From assembly GCA_044892525.1 (NCBI GenBank), contig CM097886.1:3286001-3350000 (forward strand): a stretch of DNA of 64,000 nucleotides, given 5' to 3'. The position numbers and the translations under genes were made by a program. Source of the DNA: Schmidtea polychroa. Lineage: Eukaryota. The notes under the pieces are model-generated. The model was not told the DNA's origin, ran no database searches, and saw nothing but the letters and a program-made list of their open reading frames with translations. This document shows positions 12,033 to 26,189 of the stretch, one piece after another (positions within the stretch are counted from its first letter, which is position 1; the number at the start of each line of letters is the position of its first letter).

Positions 12033-14829
12033 CTCTAGACCGTTTAATTTTCATTTATACAATAATATATTAAAAAATAGACAAAATCTTCTAAAAACCG
12101 TAAACCTCGGTTTTCAAAAAGACCGGTTTTTCTCAAACTTTACTACACTCCTTGTTACTTGACATTATTATCAATGTGGTAATAAGAAACGTGGTTAAGA
12201 ACTAATGAGCAGGTGAGTTCAACTATCAAAATTACTACCCGTCAATTCTCTACGCGAATTCCTGTATACCAATAAAAAGATTTGTCATCATTATTGCGAC
12301 TTCCGTATATTAAGATAACTTGTTTGTTTTCTCATTTTCTCTATGTCATATTCATTCAAATTTTAGCATACAATTTTGAGGAAGAATCTTCCTTATCTTT
12401 TGATTTCTTAATGGATATAAGTATAGGTATTTGGAACAGTAGAGTTATGATTGATTTGACCTACTTTGAGTTAGAATATTTATTGAAACTATATTGTATG
12501 TATGTATATGATCTACTTAATTATTTATTAAATCAATATGACCTCTTTATTTATTATTAAATCTATATGACCTACTTATTTATTAACTATATTTAGACTG
12601 CCTTGGAGGGAAGACAATGAATTTAAAGACTGTAATTATGTCATATTAAACATAATGTAAAACCACAAAACTAAATGAATCTCTTACTGATTTTTTTACA
12701 ATACAATTGACTAAATATGGTTATTGTACTAAACTAATAAAAAGGCATTAGAACTTTGTCGAGATCGTGGTCTTATATACTAATTTCGTGCTTGTGTATA
12801 TTGACACGACAAATCAGAATTCGCCTGCCTAAACTTTTGAACTCAGCTTAAGGATATTTTTCCGTTTTATTGTTATTTCTTTTGATTTGTAAATTTTTAT
12901 TTTTTTGTAAATTATCTTTTTTTAGAATAATTAGATCTTTAGCCAATTTCATTTTCTGATTGATCTTACTGTCGCCTTGTCATTTAAACCCGAGTGCTAT
13001 TTTCTTTAATTGGTGGCCATTTTAATTTTCTTTGGCAATTTCTAATTTTGTGCAGTCATTTTAATAATTTTGTTTTACTTTTTATTCAAGTTTTTTTGAC
13101 AATTGATTAATTTTGATACTTGATTGCAGTGCTTGTTATGTGATCTTAATCTCGACATATTTCATATAATCTATGCTCACTCATTATATAGCTCAGTTCG
13201 TCTAATTTTTGTGACTCATTCATCCTTAGCCCTACACATATCTGATAGTGTAGATTCATCAGGCATTATCTTATCTTATACTTATCGATTGTTACAAACA
13301 CTTATGTTATCCTGGATACATTTTCAAAACTGAATATTGTTAAATAAAACTCAATTCTTTCTAGAATCGGGTCCATCTTATTTAACAAGATTTGTCGATT
13401 GAATGATGGCAATAGATAAATAGACAAGCGGATTTTGATAAACTATCTAAAAAACATTCATTTCTGGTTAATGCTTCCAAATATTTCAATCCTTTTCTTT
13501 TTACAAATGGCTTTAACATCTATTCGTGTTTCCTTAACTAAAATAAAATACCGTTTTCCACGATTTTACTCTTGATAGTTTTATTGTAATGAATCTATGA
13601 TAGCACGAAATCGAACTTAGCTTTCCCTTCTTATCTATAACATAATGCAGCTTGTTGCATTGAATTAGAACTCAACGAGATTTTGCAGAATTTTTAACAG
13701 CGATCCATGTCATCACGATTGTTGTTCTGTCTAATTTTGAGCAAAATACAAATAGTAATTAAATATATTTAACACTAGATTTACTGACATTAAATGACAA
13801 TTTGACGGGCATCGGTAAACATAGGTATATACAACACATTTACGCTAAACTAAAAGGGCGACAAAAAATGATAGCGATATATTCGCGCATCATTGTACCA
13901 TTTATAACCAAAATAAAAAAAAATTGAATTCTATAAGTTTATATTTATTGGAACTTGTTGAGAATCATTATTAGGGTGATCAAAATAACTTTTCTCATCA
14001 AGTAGATTAGAATTGCAAAAAGAAAATTTCAAAAATTTCAAGGGTTCATCATCGGACACATGTAAAATACATCCCTCATTTCGGAGCACGATAACTGATT
14101 ATAAGTTAAAATTCTCGCAAGTTTTGAGATATGGTAATTTAAATTTCCTGCTAAAATTAAAAATTTTTTTAATGCGCGATTATATGAAAAATGTTTATTG
14201 GAAAAAGATCATCTACCTACTCAGGTTCTCTCTAACCAGATAATTTCCTCGATGTATCCAATTTAGCTTTTAGGAAATCGATTTAAAATGCTTTTAGTCA
14301 ATTTCGCTTTCTTCCCCATTGTATGTCATATGTATTTCCCTTAATTTATAACTAATGATAGTTAATTATTTTGAAAAGAACTTTTTTATTATCGATTTTG
14401 GCTCACATAACTTTTAGCTAAATCAATAATTTTCACAACCTTCACAACATGGATCATGCATAGAAAAGTAATGTCTACCTGTGTTGACCTTCCTTTGTTA
14501 AAAAAATAAAATTTCTACTGTCTTTATTTTCACCTTAGCCCAGAGATTTATTGAGCGCACCACTCATGATGCATTTATGAGTAATTATGTAATTTTTTTG
14601 TTTACACGAAAGCGCATTTGATTATCATAAATGAGATTCATTTAGCTATGTCAAATAAGCTTTGTTTTGGATTTTAGTTAATTTTAAGATTTTTTATCAA
14701 AATAATGAATAAAGTAAGATATTTATTTATTTATTATAATATGCATTAAATATTTCATAGTTCACCTAAAATATCAAGCATTTAGGGAAGAATCTTTAAT
14801 ATGATTATTAATATGATTTTTGAAATTAT

Positions 14830-15200
14830 TATGATCTGGTTTTCGAGGTTCCTCGTTAACTGCTTGGGATATTGCAGTAAATCATTCATTGAAGGTAAAT
14901 CTGTCTGGTAAATCCATCAGCCGAAGAAACTTTAGTCCTTACCCCATTTTTAATTTTGCTCAACATTTTCGATGGGGTTCAAATATGGATTATATGGCAA
15001 CTTTTCTATTTAAATAGTCAATGAAGATATATTATTGTAAATGGATTAGCTCATCTTTGGATATTGAGACCTCGATTTGTTGGTATATTGTTATAAATGC
15101 TATTGCCTACTCGTGATCTACCGAATCTCTTGTCCGTCCATGTATTGAAGAGCATTCATCTATGAATTTCTTGAAATGAAATAGTCGATTCTGATGAAGT
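14830..15200 (-). pseudogene. Decayed IS630-like Tc1/mariner transposase fragment
   Basis: The minus strand gives FIDEC, then (frameshift) FNTWTDKRFGRSRVGNSIYNNIPTNRGLNI, and further downstream LPYNPYLNPIENVGKIKN. These match the first and third catalytic motifs of IS630/Tc1 DDE transposases. Confidence 0.7.
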
Positions 15201-16075
15201 TTCTGACACATTCTCGTATATTTGTTTATAATTAATTAATTTTAAATTGAAAATTTTTAGCCAATTGAATGTCCGCATGATAAATCAATGTCCTATTGTG
15301 TGTATTTTTTATTATAGGAATTTTGTGAACCGTGTTTGTATGTATTTATTTTTCTTCCAACAGCGATTTTTTCTATCTTTCTATAGTGTAATAGCCAATT
15401 TAATGTCACCTTGCTAATTCAGTGGCCCTTCTGGCTATGACACACACACATATATTTATTATAGGTAAGTTAATATTTATATTATTAAATATGCAAATCA
15501 ATGGCCATTTGATGATAATCAATTGCCGGTTGGTGTACATATTTATTGATTTTTTATAGATTATAGGCTGTCAACTTTCGCAAACGGGTGTAATAAAACT
15601 TTAACTTTCGGATTTAGGTGTAAGCTGACAAGCAACACAGTAAACATTTGTAATTTTAAAAAACAACCAATGAAATGAAAGAGTGAAAAGTCAACTCACC
15701 TGGAACTCCTTAAACCTGAATATAAAGTTAAATAAAAACAGATTACAACACGTTCCGAATTTCTATTAGATCGACACTGAAATTCAACGACGCCATCGAT
15801 AATCGATTGTGATTCTATTGATATAATTAGATTTAATTGACAATTATCAAATATCAATTGATTGACAACGTGATTTTTCAATTTATTAATTCTAGCAAGA
15901 AAATCGATCAAATTCAATTCAAAAAACGAGATAAATAACATGAAGTAGATAAAAACAAATGTTGACAAAAAAATTGATTACATTTACTACTATTAGTTGA
16001 ATAGAAATCGAGGCGACCGCTATTGTAGCAACCGCTGATAGATAATTGTAATGCGTAATTTCAATACTTTCTCCT

Positions 16076-19000
16076 TTATACTACACGGCGAACCTCAAAA
16101 AAGCGCTTGAGATAATAAACTTGACCAGCACTCATTATTAATAGGACACATGCTTCGAAAATTGCCCACAGAAGCACTCTGCTATTGGTATTTTCATTTA
16201 CTGAAAATAGAATAGATAATTTATTCAATCGGAATAGATTGGCGATATATAATGGAAAGCGTAAATCGGCAGCAACCGGATTTGCCATATTATATACATG
16301 CTGACGTAATCTAATTTCTAAATAAACGCATGAAATGATTTTAATCCCCTAACCCAGTGGTTCTTACCCTGGGGTCCATGGACAGGTTCCAAGTGGTATG
16401 CGGCACTATTTACAAAATGTTATCTTGATATTGTAACTAAAATAATAAGTAACATTTCTTTACTGTTTTGTAGCATCAAAATTCTAACATTTGAATTTAA
16501 GTCTCAGTAGGCACTTTTTTGTAAATATTTTTTTTTTAAAGTTTTTATTGTTGCTATAATAAAGTTTAATTTAGTTGAAGTTTTTTTCTTTTAACTTGCG
16601 GCTGTTATTTAATTCTGTCAATTGTTCCTGCGCAATTATATTTGGTAAGTAAAAGTAGTGTACTGCATATTTGGTATAAAATTATGAAAACCATTATATT
16701 AAAAATTAACCATTTAATTTACAGTGTAATCTTGACATGGCCAACAAAAAGAGAAAATTTATCGAGAGCTACGTTGAATATGGATTTATTTTCACTACAC
16801 ACAATTGGTGAATAAACAGATTTATAAATAATTATTAAAAAATGTATGTGTTTTACTATCAATTTATTAATTTTTTAACATTTTAGGGGTCCGTCGGTAC
16901 CGATTATATATTTATGGGGTCCATAAGTTTGAAAAGGTTAAGAACCCCTGCCCTAACCTGATATGCCAAATTCATAGCACACGAATATTCATGAATTTAT
17001 TTCTCACCAACCACAATTGCCACTTACAAATTATTTATAATTAAATTTCAGGGTTTTTTAGAATCTTTTTGAAATTTTATGAAGTTATTTGGAATTTTTT
17101 CGATATAATGTAAGTCGAATTTTATTAAAAATGAAGATAAATCTTACGAAATAATGTCTTTATTATCTATAAAACTCAAAGTTGAGTTTGCGGCATTTTC
17201 GTCAAAAAAATTTTTTTTTTCTAAAAATTTCTAAAAATATCTGTAAATGATTTATTATAGTGCATTTATTCATTGCAACGATTCTACATATCGACATTTT
17301 GCATACATCGTTTATAAAGTGTTTTGTTTGTCAGTTTATTTTTTCTACCACTTTCTTACTTTCTATATTAATTGCATTTATTCATTGCAACGATTCTACA
17401 TATCGACATTTTGCATACATCTTTTACCATGTGTTTTGTTTGTCAGTTTATTTTTTCTACCACTTTCTCACTTTCTACACCAAACACCACTGAGATACGT
17501 TTTCTATAGGGGTGGTTGGCGTGTAGAGCAATTTCTCTCACCAATTTACCAATTAATCATCTTCATCAATTTATATTTATCATTTACTGAATTGCTTACA
17601 ATAATGAATGTTTTTTGGAAATTTATTTTAGCCATTTTATAAAATGGCTTTCAGGTAAGATATTTAATTTTAAGTAAATTTTAAGTCTTGAATTTTGATC
17701 CATATCGATATAAGATCATTATTCAAGTTCTTAAATTTTACTTTTAGTCAACATTATAATTATAAATTATTTTTAATTAATTTTCAGGGATTTTTGATAT
17801 TTTATGACAAGTATTTTGGAATATTTTCGAAAAAATGTGAGTCAGATATGTTTTTAATTATAATTAAATAAATGAATTACCAAAAATATGTAGAATTCTA
17901 AAACATTTTGGGAAAAATCGTCGAATAATAATAAAATAATTTTTGTAATTTTTTTATCTGAGCTCAAAATGAGGAGCTTCTTTCGGGAAAGCAAATATGG
18001 ATTGAAAAGACATTGAACCAAATTCATCTGCTCTTGAAAATTTCATTAAAAATATATTTTTAAAACTTTTCAGCGATCTTTTTTTATCTAAAAATTGTCT
18101 AAACTAGAATTATTATAGAAATGTATCTCAGCGGTGCATTTCGATGAATCAAAAGTTTGTATGTGTTTTTCAGTATGTGCTGTGTTTGTGTGCAGTTTTT
18201 AATTTTTCTACCACTTTTCAGATTTCTATAGTATAAGATGTATCTGACTGCACTCTAAATGAGAACATCAACGTGAAATCAAAGTATGCATGTATGTTTC
18301 TATAATGTAAGATTATTGATTTTTTTGTTATATTATAGGAAACGGTTCTCAGTGGCGTTTGGTGTAATATTAATTGCGTTTGTTCATTGCAACGCTAAAA
18401 ATCAACACACAGGTAAGTTTGATTTTTTATATAATATACACGTATTGATTTTTTTACATTATAGATGCGATTGTTCACTGTGAACGGGTGTATGTACACC
18501 CTGGTTGCTGATAAAATTTTAAATTAATAATCTGAAAATAATTATTTATTCAAAAAAACTCAAACAGAACTCGAAATATCTCGAAACACAGACGATACGG
18601 AGAGTTGAAAATAAGGCACTTAGATAATATTTAACTCAAGAATTATCGATGAATTTATTTTTGGAACCTGAAATTCTTCATGGGCACAAATACGATTTTA
18701 AGTCAAATTTCACACATTTATAAAAAAAGCTTGACTGAATCAGTAAATATATCAAAAATCATTAATATCTTTACTTCAAGCTTTTTTAATAAATGCAATG
18801 TAAATTGAAAAGAAATCAATGCTGAAAATTGAAAGTACACACGAACACACACACGTAAATATATATATATATATATATGTTGGGGTTCAACAAGAGAGGC
18901 ACAAAAATGAGGTGAAAATCGATAAAAACACCAAATTCAAAATAAAAATTTAAAGTACAAAATATTAATTAAAAATCTAAAATTTTAAAAAAGAATATTT

Positions 19001-19707
19001 TCCGGGGGAAACTGGTATGGGCGGATGCTAAATAATGAGACGAGTTCAGCTATAATAAAATAAAATCAATGGGGGTCCCTAAAAGGAATAAATTACAAAA
19101 AACAAAAATTAATTAACTAATGGAGAACCCTAGCTAATGGGAAACCCGAGACAACAGAAAACCCGAGCGAATTGAGAAAACTTGAATTAGCAATCCAATT
19201 TTGGGAAGGCAATTAATTTAGCCGGATAAAATAAAAGTGACAAGAGTCGTCAAAGAAAAAGAGCCAATTCCCTTAAATTGAATTAGACCTCCAAGAGGAA
19301 GCCCGGGAGAAGTAAGACCAAAACTAATTTGCAAAAATAAAGTCAATTACCAAGTGGGTATAAAAGCAACTGGCAAGAAAACAAAACTGGCAGTTGGTCG
19401 ACGAAAAGAAAATAGAAGTTTGACGAGAGCGAAAAAGGAAACATTAAAGTTAGTAGAAAATAAACAATTTAAAAATCGAATGTACCAGAAAGGGACATCT
19501 CCCGTTGGAAGATCTACCCCTGCGTGAGATTTGTTGGCAAATTGAAAAGTGCAGACAAAACCTGATTGTATCAAGTTTGAGTAAACTAATAAAAAGTTTA
19601 AAAGTGTAACTGCATCAGTGTTAATAAAGATTTTGTGTTGGGTCGTTTATTTATTTTGAAAAGAACACAAAGGAGTCAGACCGTGGCACCGACTTACATT
19701 AAAAACC

Positions 19708-19787
<80 letters not shown>

Positions 19788-20004
19788 AAGGCTCTCAGTC
19801 AATGATTCTGTAACACTCAATGCTTACTATGATTATTTTAAAAATTTATAATTATATCATTAACAAGTAGTTATTATTAGTTTATTTTTCAGTTTTGATT
19901 TAAAAAGTCTGAAATTATTGAAATTCGACACATTTCTTTGACAAAAAGATTCCACTATATATTCGGTAAGAGAAATTATTTTTCGAACCCTAAGTCTATT
20001 GATG

Positions 20005-20061
<57 letters not shown>

Positions 20062-22323
20062 CTGACAAATTATGAGTAATATTTTACGTAAAATTTTAAA
20101 TTAATAATCTGAAAATAATTTTTTATTCAAAAAAAACTCAAACAGAACTCGAAATATCTCGAAACACAGACGATACGGAGAGTTGAAAATAAGGCACTTA
20201 GATAATATTTAACTCAAGAATTATCGATGAATTTATTTTTGGAACCTGAAATTCTTCATGGGCACAAATGCGATTTTAAGTCAAATTTCACACATATTTA
20301 TAAAAAAAGCTAAGGGTTNNNNNNNNNNNNNNNNNNNNNNNNNNNNNNNNNNNNNNNNNNNNNNNNNNNNNNNNNNNNNNNNNNNNNNNNNNNNNNNNNN
20401 NNNNNNNNNNNNNNNNNNNNNNNNNNNNNNNNNNNNNNNNNNNNNNNNNNNNNNNNNNNNNNNNNNNNNNNNNNNNNNNNNNNNNNNNNNNNNNNNNNNN
20501 NNNNNNNNNNNNNNNNNNNNNNNNNNNNNNNNNNNNNNNNNNNNNNNNNNNNNNNNNNNNNNNNNNNNNNNNNNNNNNNNNNNNNNNNNNNNNNNNNNNN
20601 NNNNNNNNNNNNNNNNNNNCAGATTTCTAACGGGGTTTGTGAAGCGAAGTGAACAGGGGCGGAGCACCTAGTATTTATAAAAAAAGCTTGACTGACTGAT
20701 TATTTTAAAAATTTATAATTATATCATTAACAAGTAGTTATCATTAGTTTATTTTTCAGTTTTGATTTAAAAAGTCTGAAATTATTGAAATTCGACACAT
20801 TTCTTTGTCAAAAAGATTCCACTATATATTCGGTAAGAGAAATTATTTTTCGATGATTTTTTTTACCATTTTTAGTTTTATTTTGATCATTTCTTTTGAG
20901 CATAGACACAATCAATTTTTGAGAATTTCTTGGGAAATTTTTGAAATGCAGATCAAGTCAAGATCAAAATTGAGCCAAATCGTCAAAAAGGTCATTTACT
21001 CAACGACAATCGTATTTTCACGCTCAAAATTGTGTATAGAGAAATTTTGTAATAAAAATAAATCATTTTTATGAACTGAAAATAAATTCGAACTCACGCA
21101 ATAAGATTCACGTGAAGGACTTGGGATTTTGAAAAAAAAGTGTTTTCAAATTCGATGTAGTTGAAAGTCAAATATTTAATTTTTAATTTATAAATAATAC
21201 AAATGCAAATTAAAGACAATTTTAAAATCTCCCTCATCTCGTGTAAAAAATTAAACTTAATAATTTGCTTACAATTTGTCAGTAATATAATATTAACAAT
21301 CAAAATAATAATTTAAATTTCATTTATATGCATCACTATTTCTTTCAAAGTTATCTCATTAGGAATTTCATATTAGAATTTATTTGATACGCCTTCATAA
21401 ATAATAATTATTATATACAAAATCGTTTTGTTGAAATTTATTAGTACTAATGTTGAATGTGGAAAATATACGGGCAAAATAGTTTCATGAAATATTACCA
21501 ATTGAGACAAATTATAAGTAAATTAGGAAAATCATTAAATTTATTTCCATCTAGGGATCTCTAATCTAAATTTCTATAATATTAATGATTAATAATCGTT
21601 TTCTGGATATCCAATATTACACTGAGGAAATAATAGGATAATTAGGATATTAATATCGCCACTAAGCATATATATGCGTTGTGAAAGTGAATCATTAATG
21701 AAATTTAATATAAAAATTTAATATAATTAAAAACCCACTGTTAATCATATATATTAAAAATAGTCTAACTTTTTCTGTGAATTTTTTCTCTGGTTTCCAT
21801 ATACTCTTGCTCATGTTTAACAGTTGTTAAAGCTTTGTCTAATTCACCTACCATTTCTTCTAATTTTGAATGAGAATCTTTAAAAAAAAAGGGTAAAACA
21901 TATTTAATCATAATTCCCTATTACCTGGTGAATCCTTTTTAGTGGGTGAAATAGTATCCAAGGAAAACATTAATATTTTGTTAGTGACTGAGCTCATTGT
22001 ATTACTAAAGCAATATTTATATATTCCATCAGCTTTTGTACGAAAAGTAAATTTGTCATCTGATTTTTTAACTGCAGAATACAGAATATTTCCTAACGGA
22101 TCCAAAACCTTTAAATAATTTAGTTAAAAATTCGATAAAATTAATTTCAAACTTTAGCATCTATATCTAAAGATCCACCTTCTGCCACTTCATATAAAAG
22201 CAACATATCAGTATCGGGTTTAATTCTGTCGAAAAAACATTCTTCAACATTCGGAGATACACTTATAAAAAAGGAAAATGCTGAGTGAAGTAGAATAAAT
22301 AAAACACAAAATATCTTGTACAT
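16076..22323 (-). CDS. TMED2: Transmembrane emp24 domain protein 2 (p24beta), 4 exons, 195 aa
   Basis: Exons 22323-22153, 22108-21925, 21877-21770 and 16200-16076 splice in frame through GT-AG introns of 44, 47 and 5569 nt (588 nt CDS). The protein has a signal peptide, [70 protein letters not shown], a TM segment and the [13 protein letters not shown] tail typical of TMED2. Confidence 0.96.
16355..16950 (+). mobile_element. Non-autonomous Buster/Charlie-type hAT inside TMED2 intron 3
   Basis: TIRs CAGTGGTTCTTACCCT / AGGTTAAGAACCCCTG. 8-bp TSD CCCTAACC at 16347-16354 and 16951-16958. An internal transposase N-terminal relic reads [20 protein letters not shown] (~16738-16800). Confidence 0.88.
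17261..17478. repeat. Tandem duplication of a 112-bp unit
   Basis: tgcatttattcattgcaacgattctacatatcgacattttgcatacatc... starts at 17261 and again at 17373. More diverged relatives lie near 18130-18480. Confidence 0.85.
18878..19712 (+). mobile_element. Solo-LTR-like element (TGTTGGG...CCCAACA) embedded in a (TA)n tract
   Basis: Begins TGTTGGGGTT and ends AAACCCAACA. AATAAA at 19623. Flanked on both sides by TA repeats. A related copy lies in reverse orientation at 46483-47135. Confidence 0.7.
19713..19782. repeat. (TA)n microsatellite
   Basis: Pure TA run directly after the LTR-like element. Confidence 0.98.
20007..20056. repeat. (TA)n microsatellite
   Basis: Pure TA run. Confidence 0.98.
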
Positions 22324-23135
22324 TTTTGACTGACGTTTTAAATCTTCAAAAAGCCGCTATACATTAAATAAAGCAACAATTAATCAAACAAATTCTAAAT
22401 TTCGAAAATTGAATTTATTATACAAACTTAATTCTGGAATTTCCTTCTAAAGGACCATACTTTTTAATTATTTATTAGTATTTATTTATTATATATTATA
22501 ATTATCAGTAATTATTAATAAATGAATTGTTATCAATTAAATTTTTTTGAGCAATCAATTTTTAATCCTATGTCGTAATCTTATTAATTTACTGCTATTA
22601 GCATACTTTCTGTCATTATTTTTAGGTTAATTTTTACCTTGGTCAATTTATTAAACATATTTTTCAATCGTGAGTAAAATTTTAATAATATTTAATTTGA
22701 TCGAAATATAAAATCAAGTTTAAATAATGCAGTGAAAAATAAAATGAAGAAATTAAAATGAAGAAATTACAGATAACTTATTTTGCAATTAGCTTTCAAA
22801 TAGTTCTAATACATTGAAAAAAAATAGATAATACACTTTCTAAATATGGAAATAAGAGCAAAATATTTATTAAAAAAAATTAACTAATAAAAAATAATAT
22901 GTGAATCGTTTGTACCCCCCCACTGGTATATGCCCAAATCAATTGAAAATATATATTATTTTCTAACTTACCATTGATTATAGCAATAACGCGTTGGTGG
23001 AATTAAGCTTAGATGACGCGTATTGTCTTGATTTCTTACATATTAGTGATAAAGTTATGAATATGTACAAAAGTAAAATAAGGCATTGCTAAGGACGAAA
23101 CTGTAAAATAATAAAAAAATTAAGAATGAATATAA

Positions 23136-24250
23136 TGTTGGGCTACGGTAGGAAAATCGATGGTGATCTCTTTTCCATATCTTAACCAGGCTATCGAGAT
23201 ATGTCACTTTAATTTTGATTTCGTTTCTGTTTCCTCTTCTTTCTTTCTACTGGTGAGTTACAATTAATCCACATATTATTTTTTATTAGTTAATTATTTT
23301 TAATAAATGTTTTGTTCTTATTTCCATACTTAGAAAGTGTATTATCTGTGTATACTGTTATCGTCAAGTATTCCGGTTGGTTCACGGACTGCCGATAGAA
23401 GGTATATTTCCAATTTCTCTTAGGTCCTTTCCGCTATACTTTCCCACTCTCGTTCACATAGTTTATCCTAAGACGTTGTTCTCTCTTTAAGAATTAACTC
23501 CCATAAAATCTGTGGTCCTTGAATAATTAGTGACCTTACGCCATCACACTATTCGCTTCAACACACTCTCTACCCTGATACTGAATCATAATATGGGCAC
23601 AAAACACACTCACATACAACCCTCAGCCCAACTCACAGGTGGGCCTGTGTTTTCAAGAAAATCCGTTCAATGCTCTGAAGTTGTTTAAAGGATTAGTAAT
23701 TAACAACGAAACGCAATTGCGAACAAAAAGCGAGCACATTCCCACATTTTATTTTAAAACGTGCATTGCACAAGGAAATTTTTAGTTTGCACGCTCGGAT
23801 TGTCAGCGTCATCCAGTGTTTGATGAATATTTTTCACCCTTCAAGCATCCTGACGCGCTCTTCACTGGGCACGTTCTGCTTTTCCAGGTTTTACATGCCA
23901 CTTAGGCCGATCCTGAACCTGTACTGGCTCTGCGTTCACTGTTCTTATAGCACTTTAATATGTCGGGACCATTTCTTCCTGGCCCGGGCGTTTTTGCAAC
24001 TGACCTTTGAGTACCTCTATTCGCGTTCTGAATTTCTCCACTTGTTGTAGCGCAGTAAAAAAAAGCGCAATGAAATATATAATTATTTTATCTTATTTTT
24101 ATGTTGGTAATTTTGGTATTCGTATTTCTCTTATTTTACCTTGTTTATTTGGTGTTTTGATATGTTATATTTTAAGTTCACTTAATTCTATGTATTTCGT
24201 AATATTTTCCCGACTCATTTTAGGTTGGTAAAATTAGTGTTTGCCCAACA
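23136..24250 (-). mobile_element. Possible LTR-like element with TGTTGGG/CCCAACA ends
   Basis: TGTTGGG at 23136 and CCCAACA at 24244-24250. The interior is GC-elevated with no intact ORF. No TSD was found. Confidence 0.35.
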
Positions 24251-26189
24251 GCACTTTCACTTGTAGAGCTCAGCCTTTGCTAATAACGATCCTCTGGCAC
24301 AGTGTAAACGTTTCCAGGCAACGGGTGTCATATGGTTACCGTTTTGGCATGCAAGCTGCGTGGAAAGTGGTTGATTAGAATAGTTAATTTCCCAATAACT
24401 CATCATGATTGATGCTAACCTGGAGTAAAATAAACTCATTTAGAGTCAATAAAATTGTGAAATTAAAAAAATGTATTTCAATTATTAAAATATAATATTA
24501 ATTTATTATTATTACGAATACTTTATTTTTAGAAACTAACTTTTGACCTAATCTTTTTATTGTTATGAGTGCGTAAATCCTTTCTAAATAATCGGGCGAA
24601 TAGTTCTTTCTACAATAGAAGCACGTTTATAGACTCTCACGATTAATTTGACCTTTTTTGTACGTTTTAATAAAGAATAAATAATTGAATTTATTCTCAA
24701 ATTAATATTGAGTTTCTTAACATGCGGCTTCATTCGAAGAGTTTAGCAAGCTCCGAAAATTTTAAATTTCAAGTTCTCAGTCATATTAAATTTTGTTTTA
24801 TTATTTCTAGACGTTTTTAGAGGCATTTAATTAAAAATGACTTATAAAAATAATTTTAAAATATTTTAGTTATAAAATCCAATTGGAAAATTATAATGTC
24901 TGCTAATGATTATGACTTGAAGAAATCCAGCCAAAAATAAAATTTCTGCCAATAAAAACACAAATCCCGCATCCATTTGTATGAATAATTATTCTAAATA
25001 TACAACTTTGATATTTTTCTTTTCGAAAAATCATAGGAAAATTGATTTTAAAATATATATTATGTAAAAAAAATTAAAACTTTGTTACATTATTATTATT
25101 ACGATTTTAATAAGAAAATTATTTTATTATTATATATATTACTAGGCGGATTAATGAGTAATGGAAATTATTAAAAAAATAAAACATTTTTTTTAAAATT
25201 TAATATAAATATTTATTATTCATAACAATATAAGCAGAAGGGCGCTAGTGACGCCTGGCTTTTGGGTGTAGAACTTTACTTGACAACCTTATAACCACAC
25301 ATTTTCCCCCGAAATTTATTTGTAACTCTCATGTTACTGTACTAGTAAATAATTCAGAAGATGAAAATGAAATTGAAAGTTTTCTCTTTGAACTTGTGCA
25401 AATTGAAACCGACAGTTATCATTCGCAAAATGTAATAATAATTTTTATTTTTTCAAATATTTCCTCATTTGAAATATTTGGCGTTTTTAATATCCAGGCG
25501 CTGCACGCTTTGCGCAATGGGTCGGTTGTACGCCCGAATTTACACTACAATAAACTTAACATATTTAACCTGACAAAGCGGAACAAATTAAGTGCATCCA
25601 TTATTTCCTATTCGATATCGTAACAGCTAAATTATTCTTTGGCTCAAATGGTTTACGAAGGCAACCTTAGTACACAATAGTCTGACTGGATCTTTTCATA
25701 TTTTTGAATAAATTCCACAAACAACGGCTTTTAGTTAGCATTTCTTGAAATTCTGCAGGCTGTTGAGTTATTCCAACAATATTTTTAACTCAAGAATAAA
25801 TAATTTCAAATCTCCGATTGCACCCAATTGGCTTGGTAGTTTGATAAAACTCAGGCGTCCTGCTTGTTGAGTCCCATAGTGACCTGTCTTACCTTTTGCA
25901 AGCGTGATTTGAGAGCACACCAGAAACAGACTTTATTAACCCTTCACAAACCTTAGAAATGTATTACAGTGAATATTTTGTTGTTTATTTTCTAACTTCA
26001 TATTATTACAAGTGTACATTTATTGAAGTTTTTTATGTTAATGCATTTCCGTTTTTCATTTCTAATCGGTGTTGCGCTTAGGAGTGTGTCATTTAAATCT
26101 TAGCAAAAATGATGTCAGATTCAAAGAAGCAATTCTCATCATAAACAGACGGTCAACAATCAACACTAAAGAAGAGATCAAGCTTTTAC

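Noticed and set aside
15350-15968. Possible exons downstream of TMED2 (ORF 15696-15968 and strong GTAAGT/GTGAGT donors)
   Set aside because: Splice signals occur on both strands and no recognisable protein or consistent model emerged.
18515-20850. Near-identical duplicated blocks (18515-18720 vs 20095-20312; 19830-19990 vs 20695-20850)
   Set aside because: They flank an N gap and TA tracts, so they are most likely repeat fragments or contig-end overlap artefacts.
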